From Candidatus Zambryskiibacteriota bacterium (GTDB taxonomy: Bacteria; Patescibacteriota; Minisyncoccia; Phycocordibacterales; DATDWN01): 63,755 bases of DNA. The stretch's first letter is position 1. The number at the start of each line of letters is the position of its first letter. The stretch lies in the NCBI GenBank assembly GCA_009694965.1, contig SIBV01000001.1, positions 1 to 63,755 on the forward strand. The letters are read 5' to 3'. Position numbers and translations under genes: made by a program. The notes below the pieces were generated by a model. That model did no database searches. It was given only the letters and a program-made list of their open reading frames with translations, and had not been told where the DNA came from. Below are positions 33,738 through 43,429 of this stretch, piece after piece.

Positions 33738-34988
33738 ATGCCGAAAGTTACCAAAAAAAGAAGAGAAAAAGTAATTCTACATATGGACGGGGATGCTTTC
33801 TTTGTGGCGTGTGAAGTTGCAAAAAATCCAAAGCTTCGCGGTTTTCCGGTTGTGACAGGCCAAGAGCGGGGAATTGTTTCTGCTCTTTCTTATGAAGCCA
33901 AAGCGTTAGGAGTCACTCGTGGATATCCTATTTTCAAACTAAAAAAACATTTTCCACAAGTAATTATTCTTCCAGGTGATTATGAATGTTACGCCAAACT
34001 TTCATCTCAGATGTTTGATATTGTGAGACGCTATGCCGACGATGTAGAGGAATACAGCATCGATGAATGCTTTGCAAATCTCACGGGGCTCGATAAGCCT
34101 CTATATATGTCCTACAAAGAGATAGGTGAGAGGATTAAACGTGAGATAACAGGCGAACTTCAGCTTTCCGTGACTGTTGGACTCGCTCCCACCAAAGTCT
34201 TGGCCAAAGTAGCCTCTAAATGGCAGAAACCAAACGGTTTTACGATTATTACGAGAGAAACTGCTCCAGAGTTTTTGAAAGAAACTTCAATTTCGAAAAT
34301 TTGGGGCATAGGAGTTCAAACTACAAATTTTCTACACGGAAAGGGAATCGATACTGCCCTGCAGTTCGCAGAAAAAAATGTGGAGTGGGTGAGAGAAAAT
34401 CTTTCGAGCCCTTATGAAGCTTTGTGGCTCGAACTCAATAGTGTTAGCGTTATGAAAGTTAATCCAGAAACCAAGTCCGATTATTCTTCGGTTCAGAAAA
34501 CTAGAACTTTTTATCCAACTACAAATGATAAAATTTTTTTACTCTCACAGTTATCAAAACATATTGAAGACGCATGTAAGAAAGCCAGACATTATAGTCT
34601 AGTTGCAAAGAAGTTTTCTTTTTTTCTGAAAAGTCAGGACTTCAAATACTTTTCCTATTCGGTTGACCTGCCGATTCCAACAGCTTCACCAGAACCTATA
34701 GTTGAACTAATGCGACTCAACTTTCACAAAATCTGGTCAAAAGGAGTCATTTATAGGACTACTGGTGCCACTTTATTTGAACTCGTGTCTTGTCGGGTCA
34801 CACAGAAAGATCTTTTTGGCGGCATAGACAAGGAAAACAAACTTGAAGCCGTTCACAAAACAATCGATGATTTAGAAAACAAATTTGGAAAAAGAATAGT
34901 TTATCTCGGCTCAACTCACGACGCACTGAAATCTAAACGCGAGGGAACAGACGTAAATGATTTAAATCGCAATTTATTATTTCTCTAA
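33738..34988 (+). CDS. dinB: DNA polymerase IV (Y-family)
   Basis: ILHMDGDAFFVACE..., SIDECFANLTG; ATG 33738 preferred because track start 33651 lies in the upstream terminator. Confidence 0.9.
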   Translation: MPKVTKKRREKVILHMDGDAFFVACEVAKNPKLRGFPVVTGQERGIVSALSYEAKALGVTRGYPIFKLKKHFPQVIILPGDYECYAKLSSQMFDIVRRYADDVEEYSIDECFANLTGLDKPLYMSYKEIGERIKREITGELQLSVTVGLAPTKVLAKVASKWQKPNGFTIITRETAPEFLKETSISKIWGIGVQTTNFLHGKGIDTALQFAEKNVEWVRENLSSPYEALWLELNSVSVMKVNPETKSDYSSVQKTRTFYPTTNDKIFLLSQLSKHIEDACKKARHYSLVAKKFSFFLKSQDFKYFSYSVDLPIPTASPEPIVELMRLNFHKIWSKGVIYRTTGATLFELVSCRVTQKDLFGGIDKENKLEAVHKTIDDLENKFGKRIVYLGSTHDALKSKREGTDVNDLNRNLLFL

Positions 34989-35164
34989 TTCTTATAGTGA
35001 TTCTCCCCCAGGGGAGTGGTTATATACGTGTCGCACAATATATCTTTCCGGTAGGCTCAGCATAGCTGAGTCCTAGCCAAAAGATAAATACAAAAGCTCG
35101 GTAACCCTGAATTTGTATATTTTGCATTCCTCTTCCTAATCCCTTAAAATCGGCTGTTTTAATA

Positions 35165-35244
35165 GGGTGAGGGATTATGGGATAATCCCGCAAGACCTTG
35201 AATGTTTTGTAGCCAAAATGTGAAAGGTGTACAGTTTCTGTAAG
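35165..35244 (-). repeat. family B structured repeat, copy B5 (inverted)
   Basis: Reverse complement: CTTACAGAAACTGTACACCTTTCACATTTTGGCTACAAAACATTCAAGGTCTTGCGGGATTATCCCATAATCCCTCACCC. Confidence 0.85.
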
Positions 35245-35402
35245 AAAGTCCCCTACCCTAGCTTTACCATTATCATTGATTTTTATAGGTGTATATGTAT
35301 AATACTTACAAATGATTTCTAACGGATTAATCACTACCTGGTCAAGTTTCGTCTAGACTCAATGAGTGTTGAGTTATTCTGTGTGAAGTAAGGGAGTAAA
35401 TA

Positions 35403-35660
35403 ATGAAAAGAAGATTGTGGTCGCTTTGTTTGTCTAAAATAGCTAAACAACAAAAGGCACGAGTTCGCATCTTGTCCGAGAATCACAGAAGTAAAAAGGG
35501 AGAACAGATTCAAGTTCTAGGAACCTTTAACAGCTACTTAAGGGCCCAGAACACTCGTTTGAATTTCGGTGACAAACTTCTCGCTAATCAATGGTGTACA
35601 TACTTCTATGTGGACGAAAAAAACGCCGAACTAGACCCCCACGGATACGGAAGATACTAA
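35403..35660 (+). CDS. hypothetical basic protein (85 aa)
   Basis: GGGAG Shine-Dalgarno before ATG; followed by a strong terminator; no recognisable domain. Confidence 0.45.
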   Translation: MKRRLWSLCLSKIAKQQKARVRILSENHRSKKGEQIQVLGTFNSYLRAQNTRLNFGDKLLANQWCTYFYVDEKNAELDPHGYGRY

Positions 35661-35668
35661 ACTGATCA

Positions 35669-35700
35669 GAAAGCACTACATTTGTAGTGCTTTCTTTTTA
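35669..35700. terminator. bidirectional intrinsic terminator
   Basis: GAAAGCACTACA pairs with TGTAGTGCTTTC, then TTTT. Confidence 0.8.
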
Positions 35701-35820
35701 ATCAATTCGACTTGGACGAGGTGATTTCCCTTTTATTTTTTGCGGAAGACTTTGACTTAATCCTTTCTTTTTTACTTCCTTCCTCTTACTTTCTGTATCT
35801 AAAAAGTTTTGTTTTTTCAT
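35698..35820 (-). CDS. possible 40-aa basic ORF
   Basis: Own translation: MKKQNFLDTESKRKEVKKKGLSQSLPQKIKGKSPRPSRID; TAGAAT-like -10 box 6 nt upstream of the ATG (possible leaderless start). Confidence 0.2.
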   Translation of the reverse strand: MKKQNFLDTESKRKEVKKKGLSQSLPQKIKGKSPRPSRID

Positions 35821-35921
35821 ATCATAATTCTATCACAAATAATTTTTTATATTGAAAACACCACGAACCTCTGAAAGCATTGGTGATGCTTTCAAAGACT
35901 TCACGGTGGTGGCTTTCTCGC

Positions 35922-36194
35922 CTAGAACTTTTCGAGAGAAAACTCTGTGGTCATGACGTTATGCACACAGAAGGGTTTCTTGTAGTAAACCCCGACGTTC
36001 AACTCATAGATGATCCCATACGACTCGTGTGGGTTCAGGTAGATGAAGTCTCCCTCCACAATAACGAGTGAGACAATGCCGGCCCTTCGCTCTGCCCCGA
36101 AAGTAGCCTCGTAGTGCATCTTCAGCAGGGTCTTCACTTCAGCCCTGCCTTTCAGGACTTCCTTGAAGAGATCTTTGGTTTGTGACTCGGTCAT
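35922..36194 (-). CDS. G+C-richer orphan ORF (90 aa)
   Basis: GGAGGAAAG Shine-Dalgarno upstream; composition differs from flanks; no recognisable domain. Confidence 0.5.
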   Translation of the reverse strand: MTESQTKDLFKEVLKGRAEVKTLLKMHYEATFGAERRAGIVSLVIVEGDFIYLNPHESYGIIYELNVGVYYKKPFCVHNVMTTEFSLEKF

Positions 36195-36284
36195 ACTATC
36201 TTTCCTCCATTCATAATATAAGCATGAAAACGACGACTGGTCAACGTTTCTTTTTAATGCTATATTTTATTCAGAAGGAGGCCT

Positions 36285-36683
36285 GTGACTGTGGGAAAAC
36301 TATACTACATGGACGACTACCGAAAACCGCAGGCTCCTAAATTAAGGCTTGTAGGTATTTGGAGACGAACTCCAGTCGTAAATCTAGCCTGGCTCACTCT
36401 CAAGGAATTTAAGGCATCGCCGAACCTGAAACTCACCGCGCATATGGAAAGGATATGCGAGTGCATTGATGCGGCTGAGAAACCTCGGTCCACACATCCT
36501 AGAGTTTCAGAACGCGGAATTGCACTTTACCAGGACATTTTTATTGCTCGAGGAAAGGACTGGGAGAACCTTACAGACGACCTCATGCATAGCAAGGAAA
36601 AAAACTGGGTTGATCACCCAAATTATTACCTTGCCATGATGAACGTGATTGAGCAGCTGACACCGCCACCAACAGACCCGTAG
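36285..36683 (+). CDS. G+C-richer orphan ORF (132 aa), GTG start
   Basis: AGAAGGAGG Shine-Dalgarno before GTG 36285; divergent from 35922-36194; terminator CCGCC...GGCGGTTTT overlaps the stop. Confidence 0.5.
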   Translation: MTVGKLYYMDDYRKPQAPKLRLVGIWRRTPVVNLAWLTLKEFKASPNLKLTAHMERICECIDAAEKPRSTHPRVSERGIALYQDIFIARGKDWENLTDDLMHSKEKNWVDHPNYYLAMMNVIEQLTPPPTDP

Positions 36684-36704
36684 GAGGCGGTTTTGTTGTT
36701 TACT

Positions 36705-36776
36705 CCGTAGTAGATTTTGACATTGCTCGCTAATGCGAGCGAATAAAATCGATGTCAAAATTCACTACAGGGTTTA
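36705..36776 (+). repeat. family D REP-like hairpin, long form, copy D5
   Basis: CCGTAGTAGATTTTGACAT-loop-ATGTCAAAATTCACTACAGGGTTTA. Confidence 0.8.
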
Positions 36777-36971
36777 CGTTACAATACTTCGTACAACTCC
36801 ATCAGCCCAAACATAAAACTGTTTAATTATAGAGATGAGTGGCGCAATAAAACTCTGCTCTTCTGGAGACTTTGCCCAAACCAAGACGTCAAAATCAAAA
36901 TAATATTTAGCAAACAGTATCGCAACTATTATAAGTAAAACTTTTCCAATAAAACCTTCGCTAGTTTTCAT
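36774..36971 (-). CDS. small membrane protein (65 aa)
   Basis: One hydrophobic helix (GKVLLIIVAILFAKYYF); directly downstream of the M23 gene. Confidence 0.45.
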   Translation of the reverse strand: MKTSEGFIGKVLLIIVAILFAKYYFDFDVLVWAKSPEEQSFIAPLISIIKQFYVWADGVVRSIVT

Positions 36972-36983
36972 AAATTAATTATC

Positions 36984-38336
36984 TTATATTTTAGGAAAAT
37001 AAGCCATAGGATCTAGGTAAGCTTTGATATCTGCCAGAGGCATCGTTGCTTGTTTACAACCACGACTGTTTACATATTGCTCTATTCTAACTCCTTGAGT
37101 TGCATAAACACTAATATGAAGATGGGGTCCAGTTGAGTACCCAGTATTACCTGAGTATCCTATCAAATCCCCTGTTGCCAGTCTTTGGCCTTGGAAGCTA
37201 CTAATTACAGAGAGATGTGCATAAATAGTCGAGAGACCATTGTCGTGTTTGATCATTACCCATTTTCCAAAAGAATAACATCCTCGATACAAATCCGTAT
37301 TCCCTGTTCCAACAACCGTACCATCTAAAACATTTTTAACTTTAGTTCCCACACTCGCTCTCATATCAATTCCGTTGTGACTCCCTGAAGTATAGAGTTT
37401 CTCAGCTCCAACTGTTTTACCGAATCTTTGTGTTATGAAAACATTGTCTAGAGGCCATGAAAGTATTCCGGACTTTGCCTTCGGGTAACTACCCTTATCA
37501 ATCAAGATATTTAACTGTGACTCGTACTCGAAAAGTTCCTGTTCAAACTGCTCTTTCTGTTCTTCTTTTGTTTTGACAAGCTCTTTGAAAGCCAACTCTT
37601 TATTTTTTGTAATTGCGAGTACTGTAGCCTTCTCCTTCACTGTTGATTCCACAGCCTGTTTCTTTCCACTTAGATCTTGTTTGAGATTAACTAAACTCTT
37701 TTTTTGGCCCTGAAAGGTTTCTTGCTTTTTTTCCATTTCAACCTTCAAAACACCTAACTCCATAGTTTTACCCCTAACTGTCTCCTGTATTTGTTCTAAG
37801 TTATCTAAATCCTTCCAAATCTCACCTATACTATCCTTTGAAAGCAAGATCTGGAGTATCCCTCTGTTTTCTAGTTCCTGACGACTCTTCAAGGCGGAAA
37901 TTATGGCCTGTTTATTTATACCAATATGATTAACTGTTTTTCCTATTTCATTTTCTAGTTGTTCGATAGTAAGCTCTGTCTTAGCTATTTTTGACTGTGT
38001 TAAGTTTATATCCGTAGAAATCTTTTTTTTTGTGAGGTCCAATGTTTTTATTGTATTGACAAGTGTTTTCGCCTGAGTACCAGCATTTAAAACTTCTAGA
38101 TTATATTTCAAAATTTCCTCCTCAAGAGTTTTGATTTGTGTGCTTCTTTCTTCGATTTTAGCTTTCAGTACTTCCTCCGATTCAGTCTGTGAAAAAGCCG
38201 TATTGGTACAGAATACAAATAAAACTATAAAAAGAATGTACTTCAATTGCCATAACATCCAGATAGTAGAAAATGACATAGCTCTACGAGCAACTCTGGC
38301 TTCACTTTTATTGAGATTTTTTAATTTTGATGTCAT
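36984..38336 (-). CDS. M23 peptidase with long coiled-coil N-terminal region (EnvC-like)
   Basis: HNGIDMRA and GPHLHISV M23 motifs; heptad-rich N-terminal half; ATG 38336 preferred because 38353-38375 belongs to repeat D6. Confidence 0.8.
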   Translation of the reverse strand: MTSKLKNLNKSEARVARRAMSFSTIWMLWQLKYILFIVLFVFCTNTAFSQTESEEVLKAKIEERSTQIKTLEEEILKYNLEVLNAGTQAKTLVNTIKTLDLTKKKISTDINLTQSKIAKTELTIEQLENEIGKTVNHIGINKQAIISALKSRQELENRGILQILLSKDSIGEIWKDLDNLEQIQETVRGKTMELGVLKVEMEKKQETFQGQKKSLVNLKQDLSGKKQAVESTVKEKATVLAITKNKELAFKELVKTKEEQKEQFEQELFEYESQLNILIDKGSYPKAKSGILSWPLDNVFITQRFGKTVGAEKLYTSGSHNGIDMRASVGTKVKNVLDGTVVGTGNTDLYRGCYSFGKWVMIKHDNGLSTIYAHLSVISSFQGQRLATGDLIGYSGNTGYSTGPHLHISVYATQGVRIEQYVNSRGCKQATMPLADIKAYLDPMAYFPKI

Positions 38337-38352
38337 TTTCACTACCGGATAG

Positions 38353-38415
38353 CCTTGTAGTGAAGTTGGTATCAATTTTCAAGTACGAAGTACTATACCA
38401 AGTTCTACTACGAGG
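38353..38415 (-). repeat. family D REP-like hairpin, long form, copy D6
   Basis: Reverse complement: CCTCGTAGTAGAACTTGGTATA-loop-ATACCAACTTCACTACAAGG; immediately after the gltX stop. Confidence 0.8.
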
Positions 38416-38417
38416 CA

Positions 38418-39890
38418 TTATTTTTTCAAAGCGTTATCTATTCTCAGAAGGCTCTCTTGTTTTCCTAAAACGTATAACAGTGTAAATGGATCAGGACTTT
38501 TCTCCATACCAGAAAGCGCTACCCGAAGTGGCCAAAGCACGTTTCCCTTTCCATTTTGTGTAGCATAGTCAAATATTAAAGTCTTTAGGTTTTCTGCGTC
38601 AGAAAATGATTCTGGTTTTGTTTCGTTCAAAGTATTTTTTAGCCATTCCAAATGTTTTTTTGTTTCCTTTAATGTAAGTTTTCCATTCCAAAGTAAAAGA
38701 GCTGTGTCGTATTGTGGCGTGTTAAAGAAATATGTAAGCTCTCCAGCTTCAGTCATAGTGTTAATGTCTGACCATTTGGAAATATGATCCATAATAATAG
38801 GGGTTATCTTTTTCATAAATTTTTCATTATTCAATAATGCATTTCCGGTAATAGTTGTACTATGTTTCAGACGTTCCAAAACGCTTTCTCTTACAAGACT
38901 CTCGGGAAGTAATTTCATATGTTCTTTGTTCATCCAAGCCAATTTCTCTTCATTAAAAACACCCCCAGACTTCTGAATTTGATCTATTGAAAACGCTTTT
39001 ACGAGTTCCTCTCTTGAAAAAATTTCTTGCTCCGTCCCAGGATTCCAACCAATCAGTGCAAGAAAATTAATCATAGCTTCAGGTAAAAAACCTTCATCCC
39101 TGTATTCAAAAATATCTTTTGCTCCATCCCGCTTCCCAAGTTTTTTCGTTTTATCATCTCTTAAAATAGTTGGAAGACTCACAAAAACTGGATAAGGGAT
39201 TTCTAGTGCATCATACAAACTGAGAAATCTTGGAGTGCTAGAAATAAACTCCTCACCTCTCATGACATGGGTCACATTCATATTTAAGTCATCAATAATA
39301 TGAGCAAAGTTGTATGTTGGATAACCGTCGCCTTTAATTAGAATAAAGTCGTCCAATGCTTCCTCCCCAGCTTCGAGCTCCCCTCTTACTGCATCCGTCC
39401 ATTTATATCTCTTTATTTCAGGCACCTTAAAACGCAATGGCTTCTTTCCGTCCCATTCCTCAAATTTGTCTGGTCTGTGATCTCTAAAAAGAAACGGCCT
39501 CTTCTCTTCATCAGCTTTCTTGCGAAACAGAGCTAATTCATCTTGTGTATATGGATCTGGGTACGCCAATCCTTTATCAATAAGTTTTTTTGCATATTCC
39601 ACATACGTTGGAAGTCTTTCAGATTGAATGCAAGAACCAAATGGCCCTGGTTTGTCTGGCCCAAAGTCCCAGTTCAAATCTAACCATTTAAGAGAATTCT
39701 GAATGTGGTCTATTGAGCCCGGCACTTCCCGCTCTTTGTCGGTATCCTCGATTCTCAAAATAAAGGTCCCATTATTTTTTCTGGCAAATAAATAAGCAAA
39801 AAGAGCAGTTCTAATACTACCAATATGCATAAAGCCCGTCGGAGACGGCGCGAACCTAGTTACTACTTTTTGATTGTTATTTTTCTGCAT
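38418..39890 (-). CDS. gltX: glutamate--tRNA ligase
   Basis: RFAPSPTGFMHIGSIRTALF (HIGH), KLGKRDG (KMSKS-like). Confidence 0.93.
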   Translation of the reverse strand: MQKNNNQKVVTRFAPSPTGFMHIGSIRTALFAYLFARKNNGTFILRIEDTDKEREVPGSIDHIQNSLKWLDLNWDFGPDKPGPFGSCIQSERLPTYVEYAKKLIDKGLAYPDPYTQDELALFRKKADEEKRPFLFRDHRPDKFEEWDGKKPLRFKVPEIKRYKWTDAVRGELEAGEEALDDFILIKGDGYPTYNFAHIIDDLNMNVTHVMRGEEFISSTPRFLSLYDALEIPYPVFVSLPTILRDDKTKKLGKRDGAKDIFEYRDEGFLPEAMINFLALIGWNPGTEQEIFSREELVKAFSIDQIQKSGGVFNEEKLAWMNKEHMKLLPESLVRESVLERLKHSTTITGNALLNNEKFMKKITPIIMDHISKWSDINTMTEAGELTYFFNTPQYDTALLLWNGKLTLKETKKHLEWLKNTLNETKPESFSDAENLKTLIFDYATQNGKGNVLWPLRVALSGMEKSPDPFTLLYVLGKQESLLRIDNALKK

Positions 39891-39903
39891 TTGTGTTCAC
39901 CTT

Positions 39904-39934
39904 ACGAACTTTATAAACTTTATAAACTTTCAAC
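39904..39934. repeat. family F word repeat, copy F3
   Basis: ACGAACTTTATAAACTTTATAAACTTTCAAC. Confidence 0.7.
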
Positions 39935-39938
39935 TATT

Positions 39939-41078
39939 TTATATCTCGTGTTCGAGGGCGATGGATATCACCTCCTGCGCAATCAGCTGTGCTGAATCGG
40001 CTCTGGCAAAAGCGCTCGCTGAATGCGACATTTTTTCTTTTTCGGTTGGATTAGACAAGATTCTTTCAATTTCTGATAATAAAACTCCAGATGTAAGATT
40101 TTTTTCTTCGATCACTATTGCTCCTCCAGATCTCGCATACGCATAGGCGTTACTTCTCTGATCATGCGAAGTAGGTTCTGGAATTGGAACAATAATAGAA
40201 GGCTTACCCCACAAGGCAATTTCAAAAATTGTGGATCCTGCACGTGAAATAATAATATCTGCAATACTAGCAGCCATACGCATGTTTAAAACATTCAAAT
40301 AAGCGGATGGTTTATACCTGTCCTTATGTGAACTATTTAACAAAACCACATTTGCAGTTTCCTCAATTATACTTATATTATTTTTTCCCACTTGGTGAAC
40401 GACCTGATATTTCTTTACCATTTGAGGCAGGGAATCCATAATCACTTCATTTATAAACTTCGAACCTTGAGACCCACCAAGTATTAGAAGTGTTGGTATG
40501 GCTTCAGTAAATCCAAATAGCTCATATGATCCAGCCCTTAGGGTTTCCTTGATATCTTTTCGTATTGGATTTCCCGTATAAGCTGTTTTCTCCTTTTTAA
40601 AATACTGAACCGCATCTGGATAGGAAACTGCAACCTTTCGAGCGAATTTACCTGCCCACGCATTTACTTTTCCCGGAATACTATCTGATTCATGTATAAC
40701 GACAGGAATTCGAAGAATTCTTGCGGCAAAAAGTGCAGGAAAACTCGCATAACCACCCTTACTGAATATTACATCAGGGTAAATAATAAAAATTCTCCAT
40801 AACGCTTTCAAAACACCAACTCCAGTTTTAAAAAGATCAATAAAATTTAGAATCAGATTCAAAGGTGAGGACTGCCTTCTAACTTTTCCCGCGCTAACTT
40901 TTTCAAATTGAATATTATTTTCGAACAGTAAGCCTTCGTTATAAGGCTCCGTCGACATATAGAAAAGCTCAGGTCGAAGTAGACGATTCTCCTTTGAAAT
41001 TTTGTTTAATTCCTCAGCGACTGCAATGAGTGGATAAAAGTGTCCTCCTGTTCCTCCTCCTGTAAGTAATATTTTCAT
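39939..41078 (-). CDS. murG: UDP-N-acetylglucosamine--N-acetylmuramyl-(pentapeptide) pyrophosphoryl-undecaprenol GlcNAc transferase
   Basis: MKILLTGGGTGGHFYPLIAV...; C-terminal GGSQGS and SRAGSTIFE. Confidence 0.9.
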   Translation of the reverse strand: MKILLTGGGTGGHFYPLIAVAEELNKISKENRLLRPELFYMSTEPYNEGLLFENNIQFEKVSAGKVRRQSSPLNLILNFIDLFKTGVGVLKALWRIFIIYPDVIFSKGGYASFPALFAARILRIPVVIHESDSIPGKVNAWAGKFARKVAVSYPDAVQYFKKEKTAYTGNPIRKDIKETLRAGSYELFGFTEAIPTLLILGGSQGSKFINEVIMDSLPQMVKKYQVVHQVGKNNISIIEETANVVLLNSSHKDRYKPSAYLNVLNMRMAASIADIIISRAGSTIFEIALWGKPSIIVPIPEPTSHDQRSNAYAYARSGGAIVIEEKNLTSGVLLSEIERILSNPTEKEKMSHSASAFARADSAQLIAQEVISIALEHEI

Positions 41079-41086
41079 AAATATAT

Positions 41087-41166
41087 ATACGAATATGCGA
41101 ATAATACTAATCTACGAATGGCTACGAATAAGAAAGAATGTTATTTATCTATTCGCATATTCGCAT
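41087..41166 (+). repeat. family A word-hairpin, copy A6
   Basis: ATACGAATATGCGAATAATACTAATCTACGAATGGCTACGAATAAG ... TATTCGCATATTCGCATG. Confidence 0.8.
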
Positions 41167-41168
41167 GT

Positions 41169-42269
41169 TTAAGCTTTCTTTTGATTCTTGGAAATATTTA
41201 AAATTATTCCAACCTCTGCCAAGGTCATAAATAACGCAGTTCCGCCGTGACTTATAAAGGGCAGCGTGATACCAGACAACGGCAAAACCCCAACCATAGC
41301 CCCGATGTTTACAAAAGCCTGTGACGTAATCATTATAACAATTCCCACAACCATTAGTCTACCGAAGGAGTCAGGAACTTTATTGGCTATTTTGAGCCCT
41401 CTGAAGGCAAAAAATATGAAAAGTAAGATAATGCTGACCGCCCCGACAAATCCGAACTCTTCACTCGCAACCGCAAATATTGAATCCCCTATCGGTTCTG
41501 GTAGCACATTAAATTTTTGAATACTTTGCCCGAAACCTCTACCGAAAATTCCTCCCGAACCTACCGCAATGAGAGATTGTTGAATTTGATAACCACTACT
41601 GAGCGAATTCATTGATGGATATATGAAAGTTGTGATACGACTTTTTACATATGGCCTCGTGTATGCCAGAACACCAACCCCCATAATTCCAATAATTCCA
41701 AGTATCAAAATATATCTCCATCTTCCACCTCCAACAATATAGATAGCTATTCCTGCAAATACTGTTATAGCAAAAGTATCAGTGTCTGGCTGTATTAACA
41801 AGATAACTCCTGTAATAAAAGTCAGAATTATAAAAGGTAATAATCCATATCTAAACGTTCTGGCTTTATCTTTGACTGATGCAATCCATGCAGAGAGAAA
41901 AATAATAAAACCAATTTTCAGAAACTCGGATGGTTGAAACGAGAGAAGGCCCAGTTTTATCCAACGATGAGCTCCTCCATATTCAACACCAAGACCGGGA
42001 ATAAAAACCGCTAGAGTAAAGAGAACCGCAATTATATAAATATAAAATGCATACTTTCTATAAATCTTATAGTCTATTTGGGAAGTTATGATGCAAGCTA
42101 TTACGCCTAAAAAAAGACCAAAAAAAGTTTGATTGAAGGCCACATTTGCGTATTTTGCAGTCTGACTAGAAAGCAACCCAAGCGACGCAGAACTGAAAAT
42201 CAGATATCCTGCACCGACAAGGATAAAAATAGAAACTAGAAATGGAATATCAACTTTTAGTTTCTTCAT
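41169..42269 (-). CDS. ftsW: SEDS-family peptidoglycan polymerase (FtsW/RodA)
   Basis: About 10 TM helices; ...QPSEFLKI...; ...LPEPIGDSIFAV...; GITLPFISHGGT. Confidence 0.85.
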   Translation of the reverse strand: MKKLKVDIPFLVSIFILVGAGYLIFSSASLGLLSSQTAKYANVAFNQTFFGLFLGVIACIITSQIDYKIYRKYAFYIYIIAVLFTLAVFIPGLGVEYGGAHRWIKLGLLSFQPSEFLKIGFIIFLSAWIASVKDKARTFRYGLLPFIILTFITGVILLIQPDTDTFAITVFAGIAIYIVGGGRWRYILILGIIGIMGVGVLAYTRPYVKSRITTFIYPSMNSLSSGYQIQQSLIAVGSGGIFGRGFGQSIQKFNVLPEPIGDSIFAVASEEFGFVGAVSIILLFIFFAFRGLKIANKVPDSFGRLMVVGIVIMITSQAFVNIGAMVGVLPLSGITLPFISHGGTALFMTLAEVGIILNISKNQKKA

Positions 42270-42300
42270 TCAAAACATTATACACCAAAAAAAGTAAAAT

Positions 42301-43371
42301 TTAGCTTATCAAGGCTACTATAACGCCAATTATAGCTGAGACAACACTAATAACCCAATACCTCATCGTTACCTTTTCTTTTGACCAGCCTATCGCTTCG
42401 AAATGATGATGCAGAGGAGCAACTCGAAAAACTTTACCTTTTGGGCCCCAGATTTTTTTCGATACTATTTGAATAAATGAGGAAAGCGATGTTAAAACGA
42501 GAAGAGTGGCAATAAGTGGAAGCATCAGGATCTGATTTGTGAGAAATGCGATAATAGGCAGAGTAAAAACTAGACCGAGCATACCCGTTTCCCCTAGATA
42601 AAACCTTGCAGGCGGGATATTAAACCAGAGAAACGCAAGCAAGGCTCCTGTGAGTGCAACACAAAAAGCTGCAATGTCGATCTGATTTTGAAAAAAAGCA
42701 ATCACTCCGAAAGCAGCAAAAATTGTAGACATAACTCCAGCAGCAAGACCGTCTATGCCGTCAATAACTCCTGAAGAAAAAGTCCCAAAAAAGACCAGAA
42801 GAAAAAAAGGAACAATCAGCCAGCCTAACTCCAAGTCCCCTCCAAATGGAATATGAATAAACGAAACATCAAGTTTCAAAAAGAACCAAAGTCCTGCTGA
42901 AAGTCCAACTAGGAACACTATGCCTATCATCCAAACCCTAGGAAAACCATTAACAAAAATTCCTTTTTGTACATTTATTGCAAGAAGATCATCCATGAGG
43001 CCGATGAGCGACCCAGACAGTAGTGTGAAGATCAAAAGTAGTGTCTGATTTCTACTAAAAAAATCCAAATCAACTACTACGTTGTTTGGGAAAATTCTTG
43101 AAACAAAATACAAAATTATTAAACAAAGAAATACTGAAAGCCAAACAATTATGCCTCCGGGTCTTGGAGTCCTCATTTCCTCAGTAGAGTTTTGTATTCT
43201 TTTGAATTCTGGAGAAATTTCTTCAAGCCCTTCAACTGTATCGTCAGTTCGGGGTCTCTTCTTCCACATTTTATACTTATATAAGTAGTGAGTTATAAAT
43301 GGAGTTATGGAAATAGCCAAAAAAAATGTAAGAATTGCGGGAAAAACAACCTTTAAGATATCAATATTCAT
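42301..43371 (-). CDS. mraY: phospho-N-acetylmuramoyl-pentapeptide transferase
   Basis: ...GLMDDLL..., DGIDGLAAG, APLHHHFE motifs. Confidence 0.92.
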   Translation of the reverse strand: MNIDILKVVFPAILTFFLAISITPFITHYLYKYKMWKKRPRTDDTVEGLEEISPEFKRIQNSTEEMRTPRPGGIIVWLSVFLCLIILYFVSRIFPNNVVVDLDFFSRNQTLLLIFTLLSGSLIGLMDDLLAINVQKGIFVNGFPRVWMIGIVFLVGLSAGLWFFLKLDVSFIHIPFGGDLELGWLIVPFFLLVFFGTFSSGVIDGIDGLAAGVMSTIFAAFGVIAFFQNQIDIAAFCVALTGALLAFLWFNIPPARFYLGETGMLGLVFTLPIIAFLTNQILMLPLIATLLVLTSLSSFIQIVSKKIWGPKGKVFRVAPLHHHFEAIGWSKEKVTMRYWVISVVSAIIGVIVALIS

Positions 43372-43375
43372 AAAT

Positions 43376-43429
43376 AAGTTATAAAGTTAAAAATTTGTAA
43401 AGTTATAAAGTTTATAACTTTATGGACTT
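43376..43429. repeat. family F word-hairpin, copy F4
   Basis: AAGTTATAAAGTTAAAAATTTGTAAAGTTATAAAGTTTATAACTTTATGGACTTT; overlaps the asnB-like stop. Confidence 0.7.

Noticed and set aside
35020-35334. 104-aa minus-strand ORF after dinB
   Set aside because: It runs straight through family B copy B5 and flanking hairpins. The same repeat is non-coding and in either orientation elsewhere.
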